From a virus: DNA of 64,000 nucleotides. The notes under the pieces were generated by a model that had not been told where the DNA came from, searched no databases, and saw nothing but the letters and a program-made list of their open reading frames with translations. Below, piece by piece: positions 20,108 to 26,679 of the stretch (position 1 is the stretch's first letter; each line of letters starts with the position of its first letter). A program made the translations under genes and the position numbers. The stretch lies in the IMG/VR virus record IMGVR_UViG_3300045988_114753; one strand, written 5' to 3'.

Positions 20108-20347
20108 TGTTATTAAATTATAAATATATTGTTAAAATATCATAACAAAATAACATCTCTAATTGCATTTTTATGAACAATGTAAAATAATGCGTATAAT
20201 ACGTTATATACTATATCATACGTCAATAATGACGCTTGTAAATGTATTTTTGGAATAATTACTACAAATTTAAAATACCTCCCTACGGGGCTAAAAATAG
20301 CCTTAAAAGAGGTGTTTAAAAATAATTATTTTTTTTGCAAAAAAGTA

Positions 20348-20376
20348 TTGACAAGGTAAAAATACTATGTTATACT
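20348..20376 (+). promoter_or_regulatory. sigma-A-like promoter with no downstream ORF
   Basis: TTGACA, 17 nt, TGtTATACT. Confidence 0.5.
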
Positions 20377-20382
20377 GAGTAT

Positions 20383-20636
20383 GTAATTTGAAAGAGGAAA
20401 TTTCATAATTTCTATAAAGTATTTTTCTTACGTTTCGGCAACAAATTTGTTATTGAAAAAATTGGTTTTATATTTCAATTATGTTTTATTATAATTTGTG
20501 GTATTTTGAAACAAAATCGATAGAACCGAGTACTCTATTAGTTGAGAATTAATATTTTTGAATTTATGATGCAGTATTCCTCTTCCTTATTACAATATAC
20601 AATAAAAAGACATTGATGAACAATGTCTTTTTTTTA
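20383..20636 (+). ncRNA. candidate ~250-nt non-coding transcript (promoter to terminator, no ORF with RBS)
   Basis: Bounded by the 20348 promoter and the 20605 terminator. Internal palindromes GAAATTtcatAATTTC and ACAAATTTGT. Confidence 0.3.
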
Positions 20637-20640
20637 TTTT
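20605..20640. terminator. bidirectional rho-independent terminator (ends + module and - strand tRNA array)
   Basis: A5-AGACATTG-atgaa-CAATGTCT-T8. Confidence 0.7.
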
Positions 20641-20646
20641 TTTAAT

Positions 20647-20722
20647 TGGTACAGGGAATAGGACTTGAACCTATAACCCCACCCTTATAAGGAGTGTGCT
20701 CTAACCATTGAGCTATCCCTGC
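20647..20722 (-). tRNA. tRNA-Ile (anticodon TAT)
   Basis: GCAGGGA-TA-GCTC..GAGC-A-CACTC CTTATAA GGGTG-GGGTT-ATAGG TTCAAGT CCTAT-TCCCTGT-A-CCA. Confidence 0.8.
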
Positions 20723-20725
20723 ATA

Positions 20726-20785
20726 TGGAGCCGATGGGCAAGAATTTCACTTGCTTAGTTACCTAGGACTATTATACTCATCGAC
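20726..20785 (-). ncRNA. 60-nt tRNA-like mini-element with acceptor stem and encoded CCA
   Basis: GTCGATG...GCAAG TGAAATT CTTGC..CATCGGC-T-CCA. No D arm; non-canonical T loop. Confidence 0.3.
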
Positions 20786-20789
20786 ATAT

Positions 20790-20866
20790 TGGAGCACCTA
20801 ATAAGATTTGAACTTATGTTCAGGGAGTTGCAGTCCCTTGCCTTAACCAAACTTGGCTATAGGTGC
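20790..20866 (-). tRNA. tRNA-Cys (GCA)
   Basis: GCACCTA..AGGGA CTGCAAC TCCCT..ATAAG TTCAAAT CTTAT-TAGGTGC-T-CCA. Confidence 0.8.
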
Positions 20867-20868
20867 AT

Positions 20869-20926
20869 TGGTGGATATTTTTTCGTATTAGATGCAGTAC
20901 TACACCAAATATTTATAGAAATATCC
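20869..20926 (-). ncRNA. 58-nt acceptor-stem/CCA mini-element
   Basis: GGATATT...(10-bp internal hairpin)...AATATCC-A-CCA. No T or D arms. Confidence 0.25.
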
Positions 20927-20933
20927 AAAACTA

Positions 20934-21062
20934 GCTCATACCCGAGTCGAACGGTAACACTCGTCAGTGTGACCCACATCTCTGAGCATATATGGTGGAC
21001 ATAGATAGAGTCAAACTATCCTCCTCAATTTTGTTCCTTAATTGAGTATCTCGGAGTCCGCC
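20934..21062 (-). ncRNA. two further degenerate tRNA-like elements (about 54 and 69 nt, no CCA)
   Basis: First: GCTCAGA..ACACT GACG AGTGT..TTCGACT..TATGAGC. Second: GGCGGAC..CTCAATT AAGGAACAA AATTGAG..GATAG TTTGACT CTATC..GTCCACC. Confidence 0.2.
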
Positions 21063-21067
21063 CAAAT

Positions 21068-21144
21068 TGGTTGCGGAGACGGGATTTGAACCCGTGACAC
21101 CTAGGTTATGAGCCTAGTGAGCTACCAGACTGCTCTACTCCGCG
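21068..21144 (-). tRNA. tRNA-Met (CAT), initiator-like C1-A72 mismatch
   Basis: CGCGGAG..CTAGG CTCATAA CCTAG..ACGGG TTCAAAT CCCGT-CTCCGCA-A-CCA. Confidence 0.8.
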
Positions 21145-21465
21145 ATAATATTGGACATAAAATATGTCCAAACCCTAATTTTAACGAAGGGATGAGGTTG
21201 GAGGGTGATAACTAACCCACTGTAGTGCTGCTAGTTTAAGTATTTAAACAGGTACTAGCGACCGACTATAACCTCTCAAATTCGTCTTCCTACTCGAGTA
21301 GAAATAGAGAAAACTAGGTCGCCGACATAAATGTCGTCGACTACTCTTTACATCAGCAACCACGCAAAAGATAATTCTTTTTTCCCTGAAACCAACTGAA
21401 AACCTACCTCACTCAGTCGGACTTTGCCTAACCCATAATAAACTATTAGACGTTCCAAAACGGCT

Positions 21466-21903
21466 CTAAGAAGCCCTTTTTAATTCCTCATAGTCACAAA
21501 TAATTTGTTGAGGATATTTAACACTAATTCCTAATGACGACATAGATGACAATATGTCTTTTTTATCATCCACTAATAATACTTGAGTATTCATTATTCC
21601 ATTTATTTTTAGGAACCATTCAACATAATCACTCTTACGTTCTCCAGGATGTAAGAAAAATGATTGAGAAGTGTTAGGAAAGTATTTATTCAACCATTCT
21701 ATCTTCTCTTTTATTCCAAAGGCTCCTCCTTGTACTTGAGATATTATAATGAATTTGGCTTTAGGATATAAAGTGTTTAGTGCATCAATAACGATTTGGA
21801 TTGGACGTTTATTAATATACATCCCATCACAAAATTCTATGTCTTTACAAGTGATGTTCTCTGCTATTGTATTATCCATATCAACAAACACATAACTAAT
21901 CAT
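21466..21903 (-). CDS. HAD-family phosphatase (5'(3')-deoxyribonucleotidase-like)
   Basis: Motif I FVDMDNT; AGGAGG RBS. Confidence 0.55.
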   Translation of the reverse strand: MISYVFVDMDNTIAENITCKDIEFCDGMYINKRPIQIVIDALNTLYPKAKFIIISQVQGGAFGIKEKIEWLNKYFPNTSQSFFLHPGERKSDYVEWFLKINGIMNTQVLLVDDKKDILSSMSSLGISVKYPQQIICDYEELKRAS

Positions 21904-22384
21904 TATTGTCGCCTCCTAACAATCTTAATGCCTTTTGATAATCATATATAGTAAACCCTAATTGACAATCGCATCTAACCAACACAGGCAATAAATGGCA
22001 CATATCAGAGTCATCATCAATGATTATAAATTTGTTTTTAAAATTGTTGTCATCAATCCATTTTTGTATTTCTAGTCCTCGTGCTTGATATAATATTGGC
22101 GTCATACCTATTACTTTAATACTAGGATTAAACCCAGATTTAGTAATGATGTCTTGTAATTGCGTTAACGTCATACCAATACGCCAAGAACTAGAAACGA
22201 CTATATCATAAGGTATTTTATTATATAATTCATTAAGCCACCCAATTGCTTGTTTATTATTAAGAGATGCACGACCAATTTTATGTATATTGAAAGACCA
22301 AGAACCATCTTTATCTTTCTCCCAATATATAGTTTCTACAACTCCATCAAAATCTAAAAAGACAACGGGTTTTGAATTACTCAT
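21896..22384 (-). CDS. HAD-like phosphatase (resembles the HAD domain of RNA-repair proteins)
   Basis: VVFLDFDGVV motif I. ATG 22384 after GGAGGT. The track N-terminal extension overlaps tRNA-Gln. Confidence 0.5.
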   Translation of the reverse strand: MSNSKPVVFLDFDGVVETIYWEKDKDGSWSFNIHKIGRASLNNKQAIGWLNELYNKIPYDIVVSSSWRIGMTLTQLQDIITKSGFNPSIKVIGMTPILYQARGLEIQKWIDDNNFKNKFIIIDDDSDMCHLLPVLVRCDCQLGFTIYDYQKALRLLGGDNND

Positions 22385-22404
22385 AATATACCTCCATATT
22401 CTTT

Positions 22405-22481
22405 TGGCTGCCTCGGGAAGCCTCGAACTTCCAAATTCAGGTGTCAAAGACCTGTGGCTTTACCAGTTTGCCTACGAGGCA
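22405..22481 (-). tRNA. tRNA-Gln (TTG)
   Basis: TGCCTCG..CAGGT CTTTGAC ACCTG..GGAAG TTCGAGG CTTCC-CGAGGCA-G-CCA. Confidence 0.8.
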
Positions 22482-22618
22482 ATAAATATTTTCCCAAGGC
22501 TTCTAAAGTTTCTTGGGATAGGACTTATACATAAGGCTTTAAGGGCTTGTACTTGACCCAAAGTTTCTTATGACGCCATAAGTGTAAAGGGGTAAAAAAT
22601 GAAATGAAAACATTTTTC

Positions 22619-22695
22619 TGGTGCACCATCTAAGAGTCGAACTTAGTACCTCTCGCGTATCAGACGAACGCTCTAACCAAATGAGCTAATGGTGC
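22619..22695 (-). tRNA. tRNA-Ile (GAT)
   Basis: GCACCAT-TA-GCTC..GAGC..TTCGT CTGATAC GCGAG..CTAAG TTCGACT CTTAG-ATGGTGC-A-CCA. Confidence 0.8.
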
Positions 22696-22707
22696 AAGGG
22701 AGGGGAA

Positions 22708-24765
22708 TTAATTCCCACTTAATAAATGTATAAGACTGTCTTTTGCTATATTACTTAATGATAAATCAATGTCGGCATCCATTGTTTGAATACTGTCTTG
22801 TGAAGTACCATCGGGCATTACAGTTCTTTGTATAATACTATATTGTGGCTGGTCTATAACTATTGCACCAGCATCTTTTAATAAGTCATTTAATTTTAAT
22901 TGTAGCATATTGTATGTGCGTAGATAATCAAATGAGCCCATTGTAATACTGTTTCTAGTAGATGTACTGCATCCTCTAGGGGTTCTAACATCACCACCAG
23001 CACTAAAGTCGTTGAAGTAGAATTTTACAGTATCTCCTATGGTAATTAAACCAAGAACCTTTTGTCTTTCTGTATTCTTTATTTCCATATCAATCTTTTC
23101 GATTATATCGTTAGGATTAATTGCATAATTTTTACGAATAGCAGATGAATTTGCAGGAGCTTTTGCTAAAACAAACTCAAATGGTACGTCTTTAGTATTA
23201 CTAGTAAACATATTCAATGTAATTAAGAACGCACCGTGACCATAATTACGTCCTACATAGAACAATTCAGTAGCTCCAGTTGGTGCTGGGGCATCTGTAA
23301 TATCGCCACTAAACAAAATATCTGATGCAGAACTTCTATAAGAAGCATCCCAACCAAATACTTCATTTTTGTTCATTTGTTTTAAATCAAGGTCTACTCT
23401 TTCTTCTCCATTAGGTTTTATTTCACCATAGAAACCTCGAGATTGATATTTACCATCGCCTGGTAAATTTGTCCAATGAACACCATATACCAAATCATCA
23501 ATTCTAGGAACTTCAATATACGAACCAGCAGGAATATTACCATTAAATTGTTTTTCACTTGTAGGGGCTGCGTATGTAATATTGTTTGGTATGTATATAT
23601 ATTTACCTTTTACATTTGTTGAAATTCTATCAACCAAGTGAGTCTTAATAATTTGACTAATATCTTCTAATTTTTTGATATATGCTTGTGTTTTTGGTGG
23701 CAGACTTGTAACGTATGACTTACCATTTCTAATCTTATATACTACATTATTATTACCATATAATCTATACAATACCCCGTTTAATATTCTAATCTCTCTA
23801 AAGATAGTAATATTATCAAGAGCACTACATAACTCATTAACGTTAATATTAACATTAGTATCAGTCAAGCAATCTAAAATATTTCTTTTTAGTGGCTTGT
23901 GATTATTATTAGCCATCTTTCTTAATTTATTGATAAGTGCATTAATACTTTTACGAGTAACTTCATCTTTTTCAGTTCTACACTCATCTTGTTTTATCTT
24001 TAATGCAAGAAATAGATTTTTATTTCTTAAGAATATTGAAGATAACTTTTCATAGCCATTTGGAGTTTTGATAACATATAGTTGTAACATATTTAATGCT
24101 TTAGCTTTATCACTTTTCTTTATGGCTCTAATAGTATCTACATTTTGTATTTTTAAAGTACCGTTTGTAAGTTTAAATAATAAAAATCTCAAGAACTCTT
24201 CTGGGTTACGTGGCATAATGTTATATTTATCATATAAGGTAGTTTTTATTTCTCTATTGACAATTTCGTCAAATCTATTTTTGTCAATAAAATCTGATAA
24301 AACCATAACATCTTTGACCGTTTGTTCAGACAATGCAATACCGCTAGTTAAAAGCCCCATTAATTTTTCAGTTAGTTGTTCTGATGTATAAGGTTTAATT
24401 GTAATTAGTTCAATATTATCAACATCTAACTCTGGGATTTCTAACTTTTCTTTAGGAATATACACTAAATCCTCACGATAAATACCTAAACTCTCAAAAC
24501 CATAAGTTGTAATATAGTGCATAATTTGTTGAGCAATTAAATCTTCAATAGGTGCGTTACGAACTATTTCAAAATCTTTATGGAATGTTTGGTTCCATTT
24601 TTGACCGTCTTTACCATATAATTCGATAGCCTCTTTAACAACTGCTTCACTAGCACTACTTGGGATTAATAAACCATATTTTAATCCTTCTTCTGAAACA
24701 CTATTAGATTTTTCTCCTAAAAAACCTTTGAATAATCTTAATACCTCTTTTTCCATTTCTTTCAT
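22708..24765 (-). CDS. large orphan protein (helical N-terminal half, beta-rich C-terminal half)
   Basis: 685-aa ORF immediately downstream of the four structured RNA units. The C-terminal segment VDLDL...FSGDITDAPAPTGATE loosely recalls TerD-type folds. The start could instead be 24756. Confidence 0.75.
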   Translation of the reverse strand: MKEMEKEVLRLFKGFLGEKSNSVSEEGLKYGLLIPSSASEAVVKEAIELYGKDGQKWNQTFHKDFEIVRNAPIEDLIAQQIMHYITTYGFESLGIYREDLVYIPKEKLEIPELDVDNIELITIKPYTSEQLTEKLMGLLTSGIALSEQTVKDVMVLSDFIDKNRFDEIVNREIKTTLYDKYNIMPRNPEEFLRFLLFKLTNGTLKIQNVDTIRAIKKSDKAKALNMLQLYVIKTPNGYEKLSSIFLRNKNLFLALKIKQDECRTEKDEVTRKSINALINKLRKMANNNHKPLKRNILDCLTDTNVNINVNELCSALDNITIFREIRILNGVLYRLYGNNNVVYKIRNGKSYVTSLPPKTQAYIKKLEDISQIIKTHLVDRISTNVKGKYIYIPNNITYAAPTSEKQFNGNIPAGSYIEVPRIDDLVYGVHWTNLPGDGKYQSRGFYGEIKPNGEERVDLDLKQMNKNEVFGWDASYRSSASDILFSGDITDAPAPTGATELFYVGRNYGHGAFLITLNMFTSNTKDVPFEFVLAKAPANSSAIRKNYAINPNDIIEKIDMEIKNTERQKVLGLITIGDTVKFYFNDFSAGGDVRTPRGCSTSTRNSITMGSFDYLRTYNMLQLKLNDLLKDAGAIVIDQPQYSIIQRTVMPDGTSQDSIQTMDADIDLSLSNIAKDSLIHLLSGN

Positions 24766-24784
24766 TCTCCTTTTTTACTTAATA

Positions 24785-24912
24785 CGTCGGAAGGTAATAT
24801 TATGACTGGTGCCTTCAACCACTTGGCTACTCCTCATAAAATGAAGAGGGTGGATTTGAACCACCGTATACCAGTGTCCTCTTTTTTAGTATGAAAGGAA
24901 CCCTCTATGACG
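24785..24912 (-). ncRNA. Structured RNA unit 1: bulged closing helix plus circularly permuted tRNA-like domain
   Basis: 5' CGUC-AUA-GAGGGU pairs with ACCUUC-C-GACG 3'. Inside: ACUGG-UAUAC-GGUGG UUCAAAU CCACC-CUCUUCA-UUUUA-UGAGGAG-UA-GCC AAGUGGUUGAA GGC-A-CCAGU. Confidence 0.6.
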
Positions 24913-24930
24913 TAATTATATTATATTAAA

Positions 24931-25052
24931 AGGCGAAGAGTAACTAATTCGTTGCTCTACCCAGTTGAGCTAATCGCCAGTGATGGCGATATGGGACTCG
25001 AACCCATAACCTACGGCTTACAATGCATTATAAACAGGAACTCTTTATGCCT
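24931..25052 (-). ncRNA. Structured RNA unit 2: bulged closing helix plus permuted tRNA-like domain
   Basis: AGGC-AUA-AAGAGU pairs with ACUCUU-C-GCCU. Inside: AUGGG UUCGAGU CCCAU-AUCGCCA-UCAC-UGGCGAU-UA-GCUC AACUGGGUA GAGC. Confidence 0.6.
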
Positions 25053-25068
25053 AATAATCAAATTGAAT

Positions 25069-25143
25069 AGACGAGAACTAATAATCGTTGGAATTGAACC
25101 AACCAAACCATTCTTTGTTAATAAAAAGGAAGTTCTTATGTCT
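25069..25143 (-). ncRNA. Structured RNA unit 3: same closing helix, apical T-arm-like hairpin only
   Basis: AGAC-AUA-AGAACU pairs with AGUUCU-C-GUCU. Inside: GUUGG UUCAAUU CCAAC. Confidence 0.5.
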
Positions 25144-25160
25144 ATTAAATACAATATTTG

Positions 25161-25222
25161 AGACGAAGAGTAAATCTAAACCATTTACCTAATCAATTGT
25201 AATAAAGGAACTCTTTATGTCT
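25161..25222 (-). ncRNA. Structured RNA unit 4: same closing helix, short apical region
   Basis: AGAC-AUA-AAGAGU pairs with ACUCUU-C-GUCU, with a 38-nt insert. Confidence 0.45.
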
Positions 25223-25242
25223 CATATCATACTGTCAACTAT

Positions 25243-25271
25243 ATAATATCATAATATTACTTAGTTGTCAA
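25243..25271 (-). promoter_or_regulatory. sigma-A-like promoter driving units 4 to 1 and the 685-aa ORF
   Basis: Minus strand TTGACA (25271-25266), 17 nt, TGaTATTAT (-10 at 25248-25243). Confidence 0.5.
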
Positions 25272-25288
25272 GCATTATTTACAAATTT

Positions 25289-25380
25289 TGGCGTTAGGTG
25301 TAGGATTTGAACCCACGGTACGCTTCCACGTACGCTTGATTTCAAGTCAAGTGCTTTAAACCGAACTCAGCCAACCTAAC
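25289..25380 (-). tRNA. tRNA-Ser (TGA), long variable arm
   Basis: GTTAGGT..CTTGA CTTGAAA TCAAG-CGTACGTGGAAGCGTACC-GTGGG TTCAAAT CCTAC-ACCTAAC-G-CCA. Confidence 0.8.
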
Positions 25381-25771
25381 ATTTATTTCTAAAGTTTCTA
25401 GCAGATTTTTTATTCTTTGATTTATATGTTGGTAATTGACTGTCACAATTTGGACATATCAATCTTAAGTTATCCCTATTATTATTAGAAGCATCTCCAT
25501 CTATATGGTCAAGAATAAAGTTTATAGGCTTATTATTCCAAACTTTTGACATCCCACAAATTGCACACCTGTGTAATTGTGAGTCCAAAATGTATGTCCT
25601 GATTATCCCTCTTACAGTACTAGAAATATGATAAGGCCATTTACCGTAAAGTAACCAATTTAATAATGTAGATTTATGTTTACTAAATTGTAAACAATTG
25701 AGACACATATTACTTTTGTTTGGATATATATCAATACCACACATAATACATTTAAGATTTTTTTTACTCAT
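25376..25771 (-). CDS. HNH endonuclease (freestanding, in tRNA island)
   Basis: DHIDGDASNNNRDNLRLICPNCDS plus N-terminal CxxC pairs. Confidence 0.75.
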   Translation of the reverse strand: MSKKNLKCIMCGIDIYPNKSNMCLNCLQFSKHKSTLLNWLLYGKWPYHISSTVRGIIRTYILDSQLHRCAICGMSKVWNNKPINFILDHIDGDASNNNRDNLRLICPNCDSQLPTYKSKNKKSARNFRNKC

Positions 25772-25790
25772 AATAATCTCCCAATCAAAA

Positions 25791-25948
25791 TGGTCGGAGA
25801 AATTGGATTTTCACCAATAAGGTGGTTATTCCCACGTTTCCTCTCTTGTGTGTAACTATATTATATAATCCAATAACACAAGACGAGTTGTCGTATTACC
25901 CACACCCTGCCTCCAGGGTCACGCTAGATATTACGTGAATATTCTCCG
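25791..25948 (-). ncRNA. 158-nt structured RNA with tRNA-type acceptor stem, T-arm-like hairpin and encoded CCA
   Basis: CGGAGAA...(helices TCACG/CGTGA, ACCCTG/CAGGGT, CTTGTGT/ACACAAG)...ATTGG TGAAAAT CCAAT-TTCTCCG-A-CCA. Confidence 0.3.
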
Positions 25949-25951
25949 AAA

Positions 25952-26028
25952 TGGTGCGGGTTTACGGACTCGAACCGCAGACCCTCTGCTTGTAAGGCAG
26001 ATGCTCTAACCAACTGAGCTAAACCCGC
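25952..26028 (-). tRNA. tRNA-Val (TAC)
   Basis: GCGGGTT..TCTGC CTTACAA GCAGA..TGCGG TTCGAGT CCGTA-AACCCGC-A-CCA. Confidence 0.8.
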
Positions 26029-26033
26029 AATTA

Positions 26034-26109
26034 TGGAGTGGGAAACGGGACTCGAACCCGCAACAGTCTGCTTGGAAGGCAGAGACTCTACCAATTGAGC
26101 TATTCCCAC
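26034..26109 (-). tRNA. tRNA-Gly (TCC)
   Basis: GTGGGAA..TCTGC CTTCCAA GCAGA..GCGGG TTCGAGT CCCGT-TTCCCAC-T-CCA. Confidence 0.8.
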
Positions 26110-26344
26110 ATAAGTGATAGATGCCCACAAAGTGGGCGATGCTTAACTCCTTCTACTTTGTGTTTTACCCATTGGGTCGCCGAAGCTAGGCTGGGACTAT
26201 CAACTCCCGTCAAAAATAAATAGGCACTCTTTTATGTATTTTTATCTCAATTTCCTTTACTTGTCTGCGACCATCATACACATTTGACCAGACAATTCCT
26301 ATTTATATGAGCCCTTCTTTAGTATGAATTAAATACGAGGGGTG

Positions 26345-26494
26345 TTAAAACTTATTTTTAATCTTTTCAATTATTTCTTTTAACTTATCTGTGAGGTTGA
26401 TTTCTTTTTTATTTTTAGTATCCCTCACAACTACATCTTCGTCCAGAACTATGAATAACAATAATAAAATAATAATAATTAATATTGCTCCCAT
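26345..26494 (-). CDS. 49-aa small membrane protein
   Basis: AGGAGG, 8 nt, ATG. Translates to MGAILIIIILLLLFIVLDEDVV...; below the track length cut-off. Confidence 0.5.
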   Translation of the reverse strand: MGAILIIIILLLLFIVLDEDVVVRDTKNKKEINLTDKLKEIIEKIKNKF

Positions 26495-26518
26495 TGTTTC
26501 AACCTCCTACTTTTTCAA

Positions 26519-26594
26519 TGGCGTCTTAGGAAGGACTCGAACCTCCGACCTATTGGTTAACAGCCAACCGCTCTACCAACTGAGCTACTAAGAC
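26519..26594 (-). tRNA. tRNA-Asn (GTT)
   Basis: GTCTTAG..GTTGG CTGTTAA CCAAT..GGAGG TTCGAGT CCTTC-CTAAGAC-G-CCA. Confidence 0.8.
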
Positions 26595-26598
26595 AAAA

Positions 26599-26676
26599 TG
26601 GTGACCTCTGCGGGATTTGAACCCACGATACCACCGTGAAAGGGTGGTGGCTTAAACCAGACTTGCCGAAGAGGCC
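26599..26676 (-). tRNA. tRNA-Glu (TTC)
   Basis: GGCCTCT..CCACC CTTTCAC GGTGG..GTGGG TTCAAAT CCCGC-AGAGGTC-A-CCA. Confidence 0.75.
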
Positions 26677-26679
26677 AAA

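Noticed and set aside
22482-22618. Possible additional unit of the bulged-stem RNA family (GTTTCT-TAT-GACG at about 22563).
   Set aside because: No complementary 3' partner (CGTC-G-AGAAAC) was found, and the conserved UUCCU junction is missing. Only a local CCCAAG/CTTGGG hairpin and an AAAGTTTCTT direct repeat are seen.
24785-25052. Units 1 and 2 as functional, decoding, circularly permuted tRNA genes.
   Set aside because: No anticodon loop can be assembled. The anticodon-stem equivalent continues into the shared bulged helix, and the acceptor ends are joined by loops without a CCA. Units 3 and 4 share the stem but lack tRNA parts. A tRNA-mimic ncRNA is therefore the better reading, although permuted-tRNA processing cannot be formally excluded.
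20789-26591. Track ORFs 20789-21004(+), 22290-22556(+), 24952-25161(+), 25924-26130(-), 26038-26223(+) and 26391-26591(+) inside the tRNA island.
   Set aside because: They overlap tRNA genes or structured RNAs, lack SD sequences, and owe their openness to the higher GC content of the RNA genes.
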